A stretch of 64,000 nt of DNA, taken from Curvularia clavata. Its lineage: Eukaryota. The stretch is taken from the NCBI GenBank assembly GCA_023920165.1, contig CP089278.1:2666001-2730000 (forward strand), written 5' to 3'. Both the position numbers and the translations under genes were made by a program. Positions 35,446-49,081 of this stretch are shown here, one piece after another (positions within the stretch are counted from its first letter, which is position 1; every line of letters begins with the position of its first letter). The notes beneath the pieces are model-generated. The model did not search any database. It was not told the DNA's origin and saw only the letters and a program-made list of their open reading frames with translations.

Positions 35446-38400
35446 TCGCGGTAAGCTCGGGCAATGGCGATCCCGCTGGTGGCTTGCTGCTGCGTAGTAT
35501 TCGAAGGTCGTTCACGCAGTGCGTTCACGCACATACCCGCACGGTATGCCCTAATCCGCGCTGACCGTACGACTTTGATCCCAATACTCAAACGACATGG
35601 ACTGCTTTTTTCCTTCCTGTACATATACCGGTCATGGTGCAGCCTATCATGCTCTTTCCTTTTTCGTCACGCCTATCAGAGGCAGTGGGCATGGGGTGCT
35701 CATGGCGGAAGGCGATCTACACCCATTTTTCTCTTGCCTTGAAATACATAGTGCTGTTCGCGGCGTCTTTCTTTTTCTAGCGTTTTTTCTCTTTGACTTC
35801 GAGTCACACATCACCTTGTTTCTTTTGTCGCCATCTATTTGGATTTTCTCCATCTCCTTCCGGCGCGCATTTAGGGAAAAGCGGGGGAGCCCCAGGGTAC
35901 GAACGCAATTGTAACGCACGGTTCATGTTGACGACATATCTCTTGGATGCGCAGATATTTTGGAACATGGTTGCTTTTGGGTACGCGTCTTAATGCTGGT
36001 ACGGAAAGCCCGGCGCAGGCGCTGGAGAGCTTTGATGGGGTACACGACGACGCATGGACTGACGATGAGGTGGACAAAGTGAAGCGCCGAATGACGGCTG
36101 CATGTGGATCCCCCCAGAACCGCGCTTGCTGGAAAGCAAGATGCGGCGACAAGACGGCCAAGAATTTCAGAGCAGTCCAAACAGGGTCAAAATCTCTTCT
36201 ACGTACCAATTATTGGGCAGCAATAGGTTTTGCCTCGATCGAGCCTGAGATCCTGGTGCAGCGAACGACAGCTGTCACTAACGGCCAGGGACGGATCCAT
36301 TGCCACGATGTGGTTGGGCAGCAACTGTACCATAGAACTGCTTTTGGATTAGAACAATATAGCTTCACTGCATACTATGTACTTCCCTGTTTTGACTCTA
36401 CTCCGAGAATATGAGGCTTCACATCCAGAAGTAGCAACCAGCTAAAGGCGATCCAAGTTACAGTACCATAGATTGTCGGCCTATTTTGCCACTCTCGTCT
36501 TACAGGACTGCGTTCGCTGTGCGCCTCAGGATACCAAGGCTAACCCCTCGATGTGAGCCCCGGGCAGCCTCACATATTGACAGGTGCCGTTCAGCTCACA
36601 CACCCATGCCCTGGACCGAGAGACAGGATCCTTCCCAGTCTGTGCTGCGACTTGGCGGCACATCAAGGCCGCGACCCGCTTTGTGGAGTTGGATTTAGCA
36701 GTCAGCCACATAAACAAAAGCCCGGATCGGCAGGCGCCACAATCAAGTACAGGAAAAACAAACAGGTGTCGTTCTTCACATGAGACGGCTGTGGTCCAGG
36801 CCCTTGCAGCACATCCCCATGGCCACCCATGTTGGATAACTATTGGACCTGGCCGGCGATCATACAGGATCGGATGAGGGGTGTTGCAACCCTTCCCCCA
36901 ATATCTATATGGGGGGCTGCTAATCTCTGCAACCCCAGGGGCTTCTTCTTTCAGTTTCACCACTAGGAAATTTCCAAAGAGGGAGGGGGAGGGAACGCGG
37001 ATCCGCTGACTATCAACTGCATCTCATTGTGAAGCGTGCAAATGTGGGCCATCACTTTTTCACCTACCTATCGGCGGCACCTCAAGCGGTCATACTCTTG
37101 TGCACATGCTTTGCCCCACATTCCTTCCAATATTCCTACACACCCTTGCCAATATCAATGCTTTCCAGAGCACACACACGTTCGGATCTGCCCTTTTCCC
37201 CCTTGAACCAGCAGCCCCCGTCAGCCTCGTATTTTGCAAGCTGAAAAAAAGTCATGAACAGCCCTTTTTGCCCACCATGCAAGGCAGCCCGCGCCCCCCG
37301 GGACTACGGATCCCACCAATCAGTTGCTGATCCTGTTGAAAGGAGACGATCGGCTCGTCTCCTGTGTCCTGGGAGGTTTTAATGTTCCTACACCTACCAA
37401 TCCTCATTCGAATCACGCGCATCAGCTGGGCTTGTTCGGATAAATGCATGTCAAGTGAGCTCGGTCTCGCTCTCTCGCGTTCGACCCATTGCACAAGAGG
37501 GGTCTGGCTGGCATTACTACTTTCACAACTCCACATTCTTTTCTTGCTTTTTCCTTGTCAAAAATAGATTGCCACGGTCTGACTCGTATCTCCCCCGCGT
37601 CATAGATTTCTTCTGTGTCTATCTTCTGTTCTGCTATTGGCTCATCCCCCCTTCGCCCTGGAACTTGGCTTACCTTGCGATAGGGTACACATGGTGACAT
37701 GCACACACATGCCCGACACCGTGGCTTGAGCAGGGAACGGTGGGTCCTTGCTCGCATAGCTCAGTGCCTGGACCCGTCGGCCTGTCACTACACACAAAAG
37801 TACCGAGTCACAGATACCACGTCGCACCGGACCAGTGCGTTGGTAGCCAGTAAGGCAACTTCTTGTGTAAGGGCCGATTAGACGTACACTGTGAGAACAA
37901 GGTCCGTCGCTTCATGAAGATGGTGCTGTACGGCGAGATGCCTTGGAGGTGCGTGCGGGATTTGTGTCTGGCTACGGAACACGGGCTGGATCGCGGGCTG
38001 TCGAGGATATAGTATTGTGACATTGCGCACATTTGTGGTACTAGGTACGCACAATTAGATTTCGACTTAGGGAATTTGGGAACCCGGACTGGAGACGACA
38101 TAGGAAGATTTGTCTTGGTGGATACATGAGAGTGGAAGTGACTAGGTACCAAGAGCAATATGGCATTTGCACTCGGTGCCGCAAAGGGAAAAGGCATACG
38201 CACGATGTGAGCGCTTTGCGCATCTGGCCTGGAGGTCGAGGTATGACATCTCACATATTCTTGATCTCCATCTTCTGTGCTTCGTTGAAGATCAGCTAGC
38301 TGCGTGTTTGTTGACATCGTGCCACGTTACTGTGTCATACACACCCTTCAGGCTCAATGATACTAAACCCCAAACTTGGCAAAGCCAGAACGCCATATAT

Positions 38401-39907
38401 ACGAAGCCCAACTCCACTTTTCATAACTCACTAGGGACTAGATAGTAGCAAGTACATGACACCAACCTCGCCTTTTGTCTCTAACTCATACTATACCTCC
38501 CACAGTCACCCCAGCCATCACCACATCCACTTTCCCCCCATCGAATTTTCACCCCGTACCACTACTATCCTCCAATAAATACTCAGCCATCTCTGTTTCT
38601 CCCCCACAAACTCCTCGTATCACCTAAATAAGTCTCAAATCATAATCAACTACTTGCTTCTCCTTCGTTGGGTCTCTAGGATCCACTGATGAGGCCATAA
38701 TAACACGTGTTTCTATTCAGCACTGGAGATCAATGATGGGCTGGGCATGTATTAGCTGTTGTAGGCTCTGGAAAGCCCGGCCCACCGGATTCTTGAGTGA
38801 ATGGGCGGACGTCTGACCTATGAGTATGGCTGGGGGAGTGTTTTCGGTGACAGTTAGGGTTATGCTTCAGGTTTGGTGCTGGGAGTGAAGTGGGGGTTCA
38901 GAGATTAGAGATGAAGATTGCAGATTCAATTGTCTGATATCTCCATTTAATGATCTTTTAGGGGGAAGCTATTCACTTTTCATGTTCGTGCCTACTCAAG
39001 AATTTTTGGTGCCTATTGAGGACATAAAGTTTAGACCGTATGTGTTAAGATATCTTTACGAAAGGCTCAGAGTGGTGAATATCAAGTTAACGGAAGATGT
39101 GCTGTAGTCTTTCAGTTGTTTAGTATCGCGAATATCGCTAGAGAAAATGAAGCCTCCTTTTCCCATTGCTTTTCCACCTTCTAATTCCTGAAAGAGAGAA
39201 GGCAAAAAGACCGGGCCAGTCAGGACAACGCAACTCTTCTGCCTTCACTTTATTCAAGGGTTCACATGGCTCTAGCAACTCAACCACTTACACAAGTGAA
39301 AAAGAACATTCGCACTAAGTAACTGGTAGCTCTAAACACAGTAACGCAAGTTGGCAAATCCAGAAGTCACGAAAATTACAAATCAAGTTCTATCTATTCA
39401 CTGCTACTCCCCTGACAAAGCACTTAGTCTTACAACCCTCCCTCGTCCGTACCTTACCGCCAAAATCATCCCGATAACCTATGTATGATTCCCTCAACTA
39501 ACAGCATTCCAATCCATCTCTACGCTAGCGGGACCCCTTATCTAGACAGTCTCTATAAAAGAAGTAGAGTTTGAAAAAAGGCCGCCAGTTACTCTGGATT
39601 GCCAGCGCGGGACATTCTCTTAGGCGTGCTGCTAACGCTGATACAGGCATGGCTGATAAAGGGTATCTGAATGCACTTTGCCGAGATAGACGCCGGTGCA
39701 TTCGCGCACGTGTGCGTCAGACAGCGCTTCAGTCCCGAAATTTGGGACCGTATTCAACGGTCCCTCATCAGTGGTCATGTGTCAGGCTGCATTGCATTGT
39801 GTATTCCCCCCACCAGGTCCTTGGGACACATCTGCGGTATGCGTCGTGCATGTCTTGGGAGGGGGCCTCGCGTGATAACGTTGAAAAAAAAAGACATTCA
39901 AAATGCT

Positions 39908-40765
39908 TCATTTGCCCAGGTCATCGACACGTAAAGCCTTGACAAACCAACTATGCCGTCCACTTCCAACCAGTCTCCCCGAAACTCGCGGAGAGTTGTT
40001 TTCTCCTACGCTCCTCTCCTGCTCGACTAGCTTGTCAGTCCATTCCAACCAGGCTTTGTCCTTCAGGCACGCGCCCCAAGCTAGGCTCTTGGTCGTAAAT
40101 AGTCCAATGCAAAATGCGCTCCGTGGGCTCTCGTGAAGCGCCAAATAGATAGTGTCCTCGCCCCTTCTCGGCCTGCTGAGATCGTGATGGCTATCAAATC
40201 GCAATGCTTCTTGAGTGAGTGGATGCGGAATATCAAGACGCATGAGCTGTTCATCTTTCTTTGGTGTTTCCCCTGGTACCGCTGCAGTCACGCCTGTGGA
40301 TTGCAGCGGAAGTGAGACAATCTTGATGCGACCCGTTGGACTGAGATATTCCGACCCATCTAGCAAACCCTCTCTTGAAAATGAGTACGCACCGTGATGG
40401 ATAGCACCCGACGTAACCGTGTTGATGCTCGAAAATACTCCCAGAAACTGACAAGGCTGTGTGTTGTACGGATAAGGCTCGTACTCCAGTACGAAAACAT
40501 GGGGTGCAGGCTGCACCAAGCTCAGCATCGATTGCGGTCTGCTTTTTTGAAGTCTATTGCGCGGTCGTTCCTGTCGTTCATGCAGTGACTGTACAGTAGG
40601 CGGCTTATGCAATTTGCCATACTTCTGCTTGCGGTCCAATGGTATCATAACAGAGTCACTTGCTGATCTCCTACGCTTCCCCTTGACCTCAGCTCTTTCC
40701 TCATACTTGTTGCGTACAAAATCGCAAATTGCAGCCAACTCTCCAAATTCAAATCGACGACCCAT
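39908..40765 (-). CDS. Hypothetical protein (285 aa)
   Basis: Uninterrupted ORF with ACAATGG start and globular-looking C-terminal half. No family recognised. Confidence 0.68.
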   Translation of the reverse strand: MGRRFEFGELAAICDFVRNKYEERAEVKGKRRRSASDSVMIPLDRKQKYGKLHKPPTVQSLHERQERPRNRLQKSRPQSMLSLVQPAPHVFVLEYEPYPYNTQPCQFLGVFSSINTVTSGAIHHGAYSFSREGLLDGSEYLSPTGRIKIVSLPLQSTGVTAAVPGETPKKDEQLMRLDIPHPLTQEALRFDSHHDLSRPRRGEDTIYLALHESPRSAFCIGLFTTKSLAWGACLKDKAWLEWTDKLVEQERSVGENNSPRVSGRLVGSGRHSWFVKALRVDDLGK

Positions 40766-41410
40766 TGTTCAGGCTGAAACGTCAGCGAGGGTTGCGTGTG
40801 CCGGTTTTCGGCAAGCGAGTGTGTGGTTGATAACGAGTGGCGATAACGCAAAGGAACAGAACGACAGTAACGAGAGCGACAGATGTGGAGTTGCGGAGCG
40901 AGCGACTCTGATTGATGTATCCATTGACAATCAGATTATCAGACCGCACGTTTCACTATGCGACAGCTGTCGCAGGCATGCAGCTGGCTGCGTTGGCAGT
41001 CATGGTTTAAGGGCCTGGTACGTCATTAGGGGCCGACACAGCCACCCCGCTAGCCACTTCAAGACGTTTTATCAGAACTCCTTGGTCCGGTCCCAAAATC
41101 CGGTCGTTGGGGAAATCCTTCGGACTCCATTCTGGCTTTCCGGAGGGTTAGGCGGGCAATTGGCACTAATCAGTTGAGATGTCCGGTAAATCTAGGAAGA
41201 CAGCTTTATGCATTCACATCAACTGACAAAGTGGCAGCGAGGGCTGTACCGTACCTGATACGGGCAATGCGCAACATTGCTTTTTCCATGGGCGTCTCAA
41301 CTACGAGAGAAAAATGTTGTTTTTATTGTTGACTGCACGTTTTACATACAGACCCTGAATGTTCCAAATCGTTTCTCGATTTAGTCTATCAACCCTAGCA
41401 AGCCCCTTTT

Positions 41411-42660
41411 TTATTTCCAGGCAGTCTTGACCCATTCTTCCACATCTGCCCATAGCACTTCTGGCCTCTCTAATGCAGCAAAATGGCCACCCGCATCGTG
41501 TGCCCGGAAGAATACTATCTTCGCCGTCTTTCCCGCCCAAGCCTTTGGAACCGGTGAAAGCTCGTACGGGAACCAACTGTACCCAGTGGGCTTATCAACA
41601 TATAATGTCTCCTTGACCTCTCTGTACGTGTAGATTGACGTCGGATAACATCCAGTCAACCAATACAGTGTGATGTCCGCTAGTATGGTGTTGAGAGGCG
41701 GTGTAGTCGAAGGATCAGACCATGCGAGAAACTTCTCTCCAATCCAACCTAACTGGGAGATGGGTGAACCGCCTAGTACCAGCCCAATAGTAGAAGGCTT
41801 TGTCCCATGCTCGATGGCGTACGCACGTCCTACAGTCATGAATTCGTCCATCCTCTCGATGCCCTTCTTCTCCGCATCACTGAGCTCATCTTCGGGCGCA
41901 GAATAGGACTTGATATCTCTGGCATGCATAAAGTTGACATGCATACCTTTGCATTCAGCGTATGTCGCAGCAATATGTCGCGAAATCATGCTGCCGATGT
42001 CGCCGCCCTGGACGAGATAGCCCGGTGTACCGAATCCTAGTGAAAGCATGAGCTTATGCATGATACGAGACGTATCAGCGACTTTCCAATCCTTGTCTAA
42101 TGGCGGATCAGACGAGAGAGCGAATCCGGGAAGGGAGGGTACGATGATATGATAAGGCAGAGAATTTGGCGTATACTTGTTGCGCAGCAGGTCTATCAAC
42201 GGGAGGAATTCAAGAAAAGAACCGGGCCAACCGTGGAAGAAGGCGATGGGGATAGCATCAGGCTTGCTAGAGAACAAGGCGACGAAATGGATGTCGTACT
42301 TGGCACCATCATCATCGCTGATTGTGGTCTTAAAGTTTGGGAAAGAGTTGATATTGTCTTCTTCTCTTCGCCTAAGTAACACCAGTCAGTCTAGCTGAAT
42401 GTTTCTTCGATGTAGTAGACGTACCAATCAAATCTCTCGAGCCATTCCTTCTTTGCGTCAACCATCCATTTCCGACTCACTCCAAACTTGCCATGTCCAC
42501 CTTCATTTTGTTTATTCTCGTACGTCTCCTTGGCGATTGGACTAAGTTTGAGCAGGGTTTTGAAGTCCTGTAGCTTTTCTTCCTCAACGTGCAGCTCAAA
42601 CGGCGTCGGTTGCTGTTGAGCATGCTTGGGCGCGGTGCTGAACGGCTTAGGTGTCGTCAT
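41411..42660 (-). CDS. Microsomal-type epoxide hydrolase (alpha/beta hydrolase, EHN domain); exons 42660-42425, 42371-41411
   Basis: Motifs FDW|R, IHFVALFS, HGWPGSFLEF, VPSLPGF, QGGDIGS (nucleophile Asp) and GGHFAALERP. Confidence 0.93.
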
Positions 42661-43658
42661 TGTCTTTGTATAATAGTTCCTATCACAACTGTTCGAGTAC
42701 TTCTTGAAGGTTGGCCTATTGGATGGAGACTGGGCAGTATATTTATGTTAATGGGGTTGTGCAAGCAATCAAGTGAGCTTACAAATACTTCCTAGCTGGG
42801 GTCATTGACTGAAGTAAGCTACACGCGTGTATATCTAGGCTAGACCAATGTGGGCTAGCACAATTTAGCTCTTTCAGTCCACGATCGTCGTTTTGATGTC
42901 ATTTTGCTCTATTCCATGGCACGACATGTACGCATTGGAACAACAAAATATTATTAATATAGCAAGTATTATGTGAAAGAATATTCATTGGATGCGTGCT
43001 TAGAAATACTCGTAAAAATAATGCTGCTGACAGCAAACTCACCTCATGATGTGAAGATGCAAAATCATTGACAATCCCAGTGCTGGTCACTTGAAGCTAG
43101 CAGAGGCACTGAGGTCACGTCGTGCAATACACCTGTGACTTCTCATACAACCAAGCTCTGTGTTACTGTCGTATTCGGTAGAGCGACTAGGGGAGTCTGA
43201 ACGGGACTGTTTAAAAGAACTTTGTTTGTAGACAGGATGGACGCAATCAATTCTCTAAGAGGCCATCACAGAGTGGCTAATGGCTTCTGATCTCTCTTCT
43301 GAAAACTCGCAATCCGAACAAATGGCATTGCATATTTGAAAGGCAAATATATGATAGGTATATCAGCATGCTCCAAATCGAATCCAGCAGTAAGAGGCAG
43401 TGTATCGAGTAGATGAGTCGAAGAATGGCGAGAGTTCTGTACCCTACATGCGCAAGTAACTAACTGACTCGGTCGCAATAACGCAAGACTTGTTGAATGG
43501 TGACAGTGAGCTTAAATGGGGATGACACATTGCAATCGTAGGGGTAGAGTGGAGTCCGAACCATAGCCCTGGTCTTTGAGAAGCTGAAGACTCGTACAAA
43601 AGAAGACCTTTTGGTGGGAGTTCAAATGAACTAAATAATTAAATTTATATACGGTTAG

Positions 43659-45140
43659 CTATTCAGCCATTATCATCCACCAGGATCCACCAAAAAGCAT
43701 GGAAACGACCAGAATAGTAAGAATCGCTGCACCAGCCCTATCTCCCGTTGTTATCGCATTATGCTTAACCTCGAAACCCCCTGTATCAGTCCCCGCAGTG
43801 GGATCGTTCTTACTGATACCTCCCGTCTCCAGTCCGACCGGTCCAGCGACTTGGTCGATAAGCAGATTTTGCATCACCTCCAATGCAGACATTTGCTCTC
43901 CGACGCCGACTTGTCCATCATTTACGCCGTTCCTCCACCAACGAAGTCCGCATCCGCCTTTGCCTGGTCCACATTGCTTTGCTGCTGCTTGGGCAGAAGT
44001 CCTCAGCTTTGGTAAGAGTTTTTCCCGGGTCCAAGGAGCGGTCAACATGGTGTAACCCATCCAACGGCTTAGATAGGCTTTGAAGGAGCGTTGGTCGTGA
44101 TCGCATAGTCCGTTGCGCTCGCAGGCTACTTCGAACATAACATCCTGCGCGCCTTCCGGATTAAAGAAAACACCGAGACCATCGATAATTCCTTCGACAC
44201 GTTCTTTCCAGTATGCGGCTTGTGTCTTTGTTATGTTAGAAGAAAGAAACAAGAAAGAGAGAAAGCATCGGGGAAGGGACTTACAGCATTACCACGAGTC
44301 TCTGACATGTTCCACAACGCTGCTGCGCCCGACATGTGGATACCAGCGTTGTACGTCCATTGGATATGGTTCAATTCTGTGCAGTTTTGTCGCTCGCTGG
44401 TTCCGTCATAGAAATGGTAATCGTTGCTCATCAGACCGACTTCGAGTTCCCACTTCCATGCTCTCATGGCCCACTCCGTATATGTGTCATTGTTGGTGTA
44501 TTTGGCGAGCCTTGCAGCAATGTTGAAAAAGCATCCGTTCGAGATTGTGTTCTTGTAATCGAATCCATTGTTGAACGAGAAGATCTGCCAGTTGAGTCCA
44601 CCACCACAAGTCCTGGTGTTCCAACGCGGCACCTGTGTGTTGAAAACTGCGATGGCAAGAGATAACCAGGATAACTGTCCTTCGACATCTGGAAGCTTGT
44701 TCTCGGCCGCTGATAGGGCCGTCAATGCCCAAAATGCTTGGTCGTCGTTTCCCAGAGTACTCGTCTGGTTGGGCGGCATAAATGCCTGTGGTTGGCCTAT
44801 TTGGTGCACCATTGCTTGTGTTGTGATATTGTTGTATGTGTCGTCGCCAGTGTAGTACCAGTAGTCGACAAAGGAACCAAACATGGCACCGCATAGCCAC
44901 CAGTAGTAGGGATCTGGCAAGTTTCCGGGGACATCTCCAGATCGGTCACCGGTATACCATTCTCGCAGGCCTGCAGCGACAACTTTGGTGGCTTGTCTGA
45001 TAGAGTCTGGACATTTTTTGTTAACGGAATCTGGGGACACGTGCAGGGGGCGCACCTGGATCGTCAACATTCAGCTCAAGAGCGAACGAGATTGGCGACA
45101 GTATTCCAACTGCGCCGAAAAACAGAGTTGAAGGTCTCAT
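43659..45140 (-). CDS. DCW1/DFG5: GH76 Dfg5/Dcw1-type mannan endo-1,6-alpha-mannosidase/transglycosylase, GPI-anchored; exons 45140-45056, 45006-44285, 44225-43659
   Basis: Signal peptide. Motifs PYYWW, GNDDQAFW, CGGGLNWQIF, YKNTISNG, WTYNAG and SFKAYLSRW. C-terminal GDRAGAAILT hydrophobic GPI signal. Confidence 0.93.
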
Positions 45141-46142
45141 GGCGGATCTTCGGAATATCACATGCAGAAAGCAAGAGTGCAGAGATTGGGCATGTGGAAG
45201 ATAAACGAGTGTGCCTCAGATGGTGGATTAGGAAAGGAAGAGCGAGTGTAGCGGAGCCTGAGGTATGTGTGGGTATATCGTAGGGGGAAATGGGAAGCCT
45301 CGGATTCAGCCTACACAGGCTGGAGGCACGATGAGGTTATGAAACCCCTTGAAGTAAGCCAAGTCATGGCGCGGTGCCGCAGCAGTGCTGGGCGACAGTG
45401 CGACGCTTGGAAGCCATCTCTCCGCGTGGTTCAGGCCCAGGGTTGGATGCTGGGACTTGGCAGACGCCTTGGCAACCGAGTCTGAGACGCTTAAAAAGTG
45501 TCTCATCTCACAAGTACGGCCCGGGCGCGGTTGGGATGGGCACAAAAACGGTATGCGTAATGCCAGCCGCCAAGTGTCCAGGTGGTGTTGGCGGCTCTTG
45601 GGGCATCTTTGGCGCCAAGCGCCTATGCCATTGGGTCTATGATAGTCGTGGTATACGATATCCGCCGTGTCCGGGCGTCAAGACTCCACTACTAGATCGA
45701 GAATACCGCCCCTGTTCCTGCTTGGTGGACGGGCTGGGGAAGATCACATGTACCACATTGATAGAATCATCGTCTGCGTACGTATGTGCTCTGCGCGAAG
45801 CCGGCGACTGCTCGGGTTGAACTTGGCCATAGTGCTGTGTGGTAACAATGTGCGTGATACCGCCGTCATGTACAAAACAAACATGCCTCTATAATTATTC
45901 TAGCGACAGGCTTCGGTGTCACTAGCAGTTGCCATGGTCTCTTCTTTCTCAGATTCAGCAGCTCCTAAGATTCAGCCGTTGCTGGATAAGCCTTGGCGAG
46001 CCGTGTTTACGTCACCGTACGTGCTGTAGCTTTCTTTTGGAAACGATGACAGGGAAGCTTATTATAGCAAAATAACTGGGAAAGTCCATGTTATTGGCGT
46101 CAGGGTAGTTTGTAGGGGAGAAACATTGAAAGTAGTCCAGAC

Positions 46143-47231
46143 TCATTCAGCAATCTGCATTGAACTTTGTGAGATGATCCAACTTCTAAAAGCCCTGGCT
46201 TTGTTTTCTGCATCCATGTTCGTCTTCGTATCCAAATGGCTTGCAGCAGAGAAAGCGTCAATGACCTTCATTGCCGCTACCGTGTTGTCTTTTTCGAAGG
46301 GAATCAGACTGAGAAACTTTCGCAGCGTAATTGTACCAAGTTTAACCCGTGACTGCACAACGTAGTCGGTGGTAGCGACATCGTTGTAACCCACTGTCGT
46401 CCGTGTTACTAGTCCCCACCCGTCTGATTTTGTAGAGCACTGTCGAGCATACAAGTGTTCTGATGATGCCAGTTCTATGAAGGCTCTTGCTAACGCACTT
46501 TGGGTAACACGATCTGAGGATGAAATCTCTAGGATCTTAAGGAACTCATCGAGCGAAGCAGTCCCGATAAAGGTGTGTCGATGTTTGTACTCCATTTCTC
46601 GTTCTTCGGCAGCCAGGACATCCATCATAGCATTACTTCGACTAGTGCTTAGTTGATATTGTGTGATGAGAGCATCGAACACTGAGCTCGACGAAGAATG
46701 ACGCAAGTGCCGTGTACCTTTTTTCGTGACAGGGTTCGTGACATGCTCCTGGACCTCTTGGCAAGTCGTACGGAAACATTGGCCTGCCGATACATTTTTC
46801 TTAGCTGTATGGTGCTGCATGGATTCGACGCCTATCTGAGGACTGATGGGCCATACGTCCAAGTCGTCGTCGAATAAAGTCGCATCAGAAATGGGCGATG
46901 TGTGCTCACTTGAGCTGTCCATATCCGATTCCATAGCGAAGGCGTTACAACCATTTCGATCTTGTAGTGCAGGGAAGTGGAATGCAAGTACATCTTCTTC
47001 ATATAAGTTCTGAACTTGGGTCAAAGACCCAAGAGTATGGAAATGTTCTTGCGCAGCATCCAGCTCCATCGCCCAGTCAATCTTAGTTGATGGTATATTT
47101 CTTGAGGTTTTCAATCTGCTCCTTTCTGCATTGAGCTGTAGGGCCACCAAGACCGCGCTGCTTGTGCAATCGCGGTCTAATGTCGGTCTCCACACACTGG
47201 ATCTTCGGCGGTGCACTGTTAGAGTTAACAT
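46143..47231 (-). CDS. Hypothetical protein (start uncertain: ATG 47231 or ~47069)
   Basis: Long uninterrupted ORF with a globular-looking C-terminus (HRHTFIGTASLDEFL...FSAASHLD). Confidence 0.62.
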   Translation of the reverse strand: MLTLTVHRRRSSVWRPTLDRDCTSSAVLVALQLNAERSRLKTSRNIPSTKIDWAMELDAAQEHFHTLGSLTQVQNLYEEDVLAFHFPALQDRNGCNAFAMESDMDSSSEHTSPISDATLFDDDLDVWPISPQIGVESMQHHTAKKNVSAGQCFRTTCQEVQEHVTNPVTKKGTRHLRHSSSSSVFDALITQYQLSTSRSNAMMDVLAAEEREMEYKHRHTFIGTASLDEFLKILEISSSDRVTQSALARAFIELASSEHLYARQCSTKSDGWGLVTRTTVGYNDVATTDYVVQSRVKLGTITLRKFLSLIPFEKDNTVAAMKVIDAFSAASHLDTKTNMDAENKARAFRSWIISQSSMQIAE

Positions 47232-48031
47232 ACCAGTCGGGCTTTTATCATCTCTCAATTATGTATACAAGCACCGACTTACTTTGTTTTAGTTGACTCT
47301 TCAAGATTCGCCAGTGGGAGTTATATTTCGTTTGACGTTGTGACCTTTCGGCTGTGGCTGAAGAAACGAGCTACAAATGTATAGCTTTGCCACAAACAAC
47401 CTGGTTTTTTTACGGTGAACAATTTGGTTCGCTGGCGCACTTGGAGCTATATTTGCCGGATTCATGGCGATTATAAATGCCGAAGACGTTCAAATGCATG
47501 TGGGTATTGCACGCCAGTAGTCATGGTGCGGATGTGGCGATGAGGTGAGGATCACGCGTAACTTGTCCACATGGCAGCAAGCTCCACTTTCGCTAGCCTA
47601 TGCGGTTATGCGCAACAAGGGCAAATCAAGACAAAAGGAACGGACCATGTATCGCGAATACCAAATGTAGTTTATTGCCAACCTGATGACGACAGCAAGC
47701 AGGAGAGGATAGTGACTGTAAGGAAACTCGTTCCTCGTTGAAGCCTTTTCAGATACGCAGAGTGCATATACAACTGGCTGCTGAAGTCAGCAAATGATAG
47801 AGTGCCAAGCTGATGCTTTCCTGATTCAATCGAAGCATATGAGGAAAGAATTGAGTGGGTTTCTTGCGTCTGAGTCCGGGCAGCGGGTGTCAATTGTGTG
47901 AGACTGATACAGGGCACTGTCGGCCCAACAAGAAGCCGCCAAAGGCACAACACATCACGCCGGCCGATTTCGCTCATGGGGGAAATGAAGAAATCCTGGT
48001 TTGTTTTTCTTTGTCCTGCCCCCATATGCCA

Positions 48032-49081
48032 CTAGACTACTTGCCCTCTTCCCCTACCCCGCGCCATGCGTACACTGTGAGGGATGAACTTGAGGGCAGA
48101 CATACTCGAGGTCAAATTGTCCATAGGGTCTACTGAGTCTGCCGCCGAGACAGCTTTGGGAGAAGCTGTTGCTTGCAAATCTCCGCGCCCAATTGCACAA
48201 CCAGTCCTTTGACCATGGCCAAATCCGCCTCGTCCATGGAGCTTGGTAGGATAGCGCCGCGTCTCTCCTTCATCCTGTTCTCCTTTTGCATTATCCTTGT
48301 CTTGGTCGCGTACAACATCCATACTCTCACCTGCTGCGCTTGCATTCGACTCACCTCTCCGCCTGCCAGTTGTTCCACTGGCGCCGCCTGCTGAGCTCAT
48401 AGTAGAGCTTCTCCGACGGTGAGGGGGTATCAGCATGCTGCTTCGCCTATCGATACCATCCTTGACGACAATGAAGTCGTATTCGCGGGGAAACTGATGC
48501 TTGTCTATACAGTGCAAGCGGCGCTTCTGAGGTGTGCTGCACATGCGATCGCAGTCCGGTAGAAGACAGGCATACTGTGACGAATCAGTCGCAAGGTCCA
48601 CAATACGGCGTTGGACGTACTTATCATCCGCCACACTTCAGGTTCCTACATAGATACAGATACAGGGGTTTGTCGCCCTTGAACAAGAAGGAGAGCGTGG
48701 GGACTAAGAGCAGACAGGCAAGTGCCTGAGCAAAGAAGCATGACCTACCGTCTTCTCTCCTTGATCCCGCTTAGCAGCATTGATAGGGTCATGGTATTCG
48801 GCAATGTGAAGATGCAGGTAGTGTTGGTCTGGAAAGTTCTTCTGGCATTCGCTGCAGCGGTTCATGTGAAACTGGCGATAGTGCACATCGTGTTCCTCAA
48901 TCGAAGCAAAAGTAAGCGGGTCGTGCGGGGGCAGTGAGCACTTCATGACGACGTGCTCGTCTGCGAGAGCGGATTCGGCGTCTAGTTGGACTATCTTGCT
49001 ATCGACCGACGTCTCACGCGGGTACGGGGTGCTGTATTCGCCTGATGACGAGGAGTCGCGGTGTGAGCGCTTGACTCCCAT
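48032..49081 (-). CDS. C2H2 zinc-finger protein, ZNF511-like; exons 49081-48749, 48574-48032
   Basis: CSLPPH...HDVHYRQFH, CSECQKNFPDQHYLHLHIAEYHD, then YACLLPDCDRMCSTPQKRRLHCIDKHQFP after splicing. RGRGRG tail. Confidence 0.85.
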
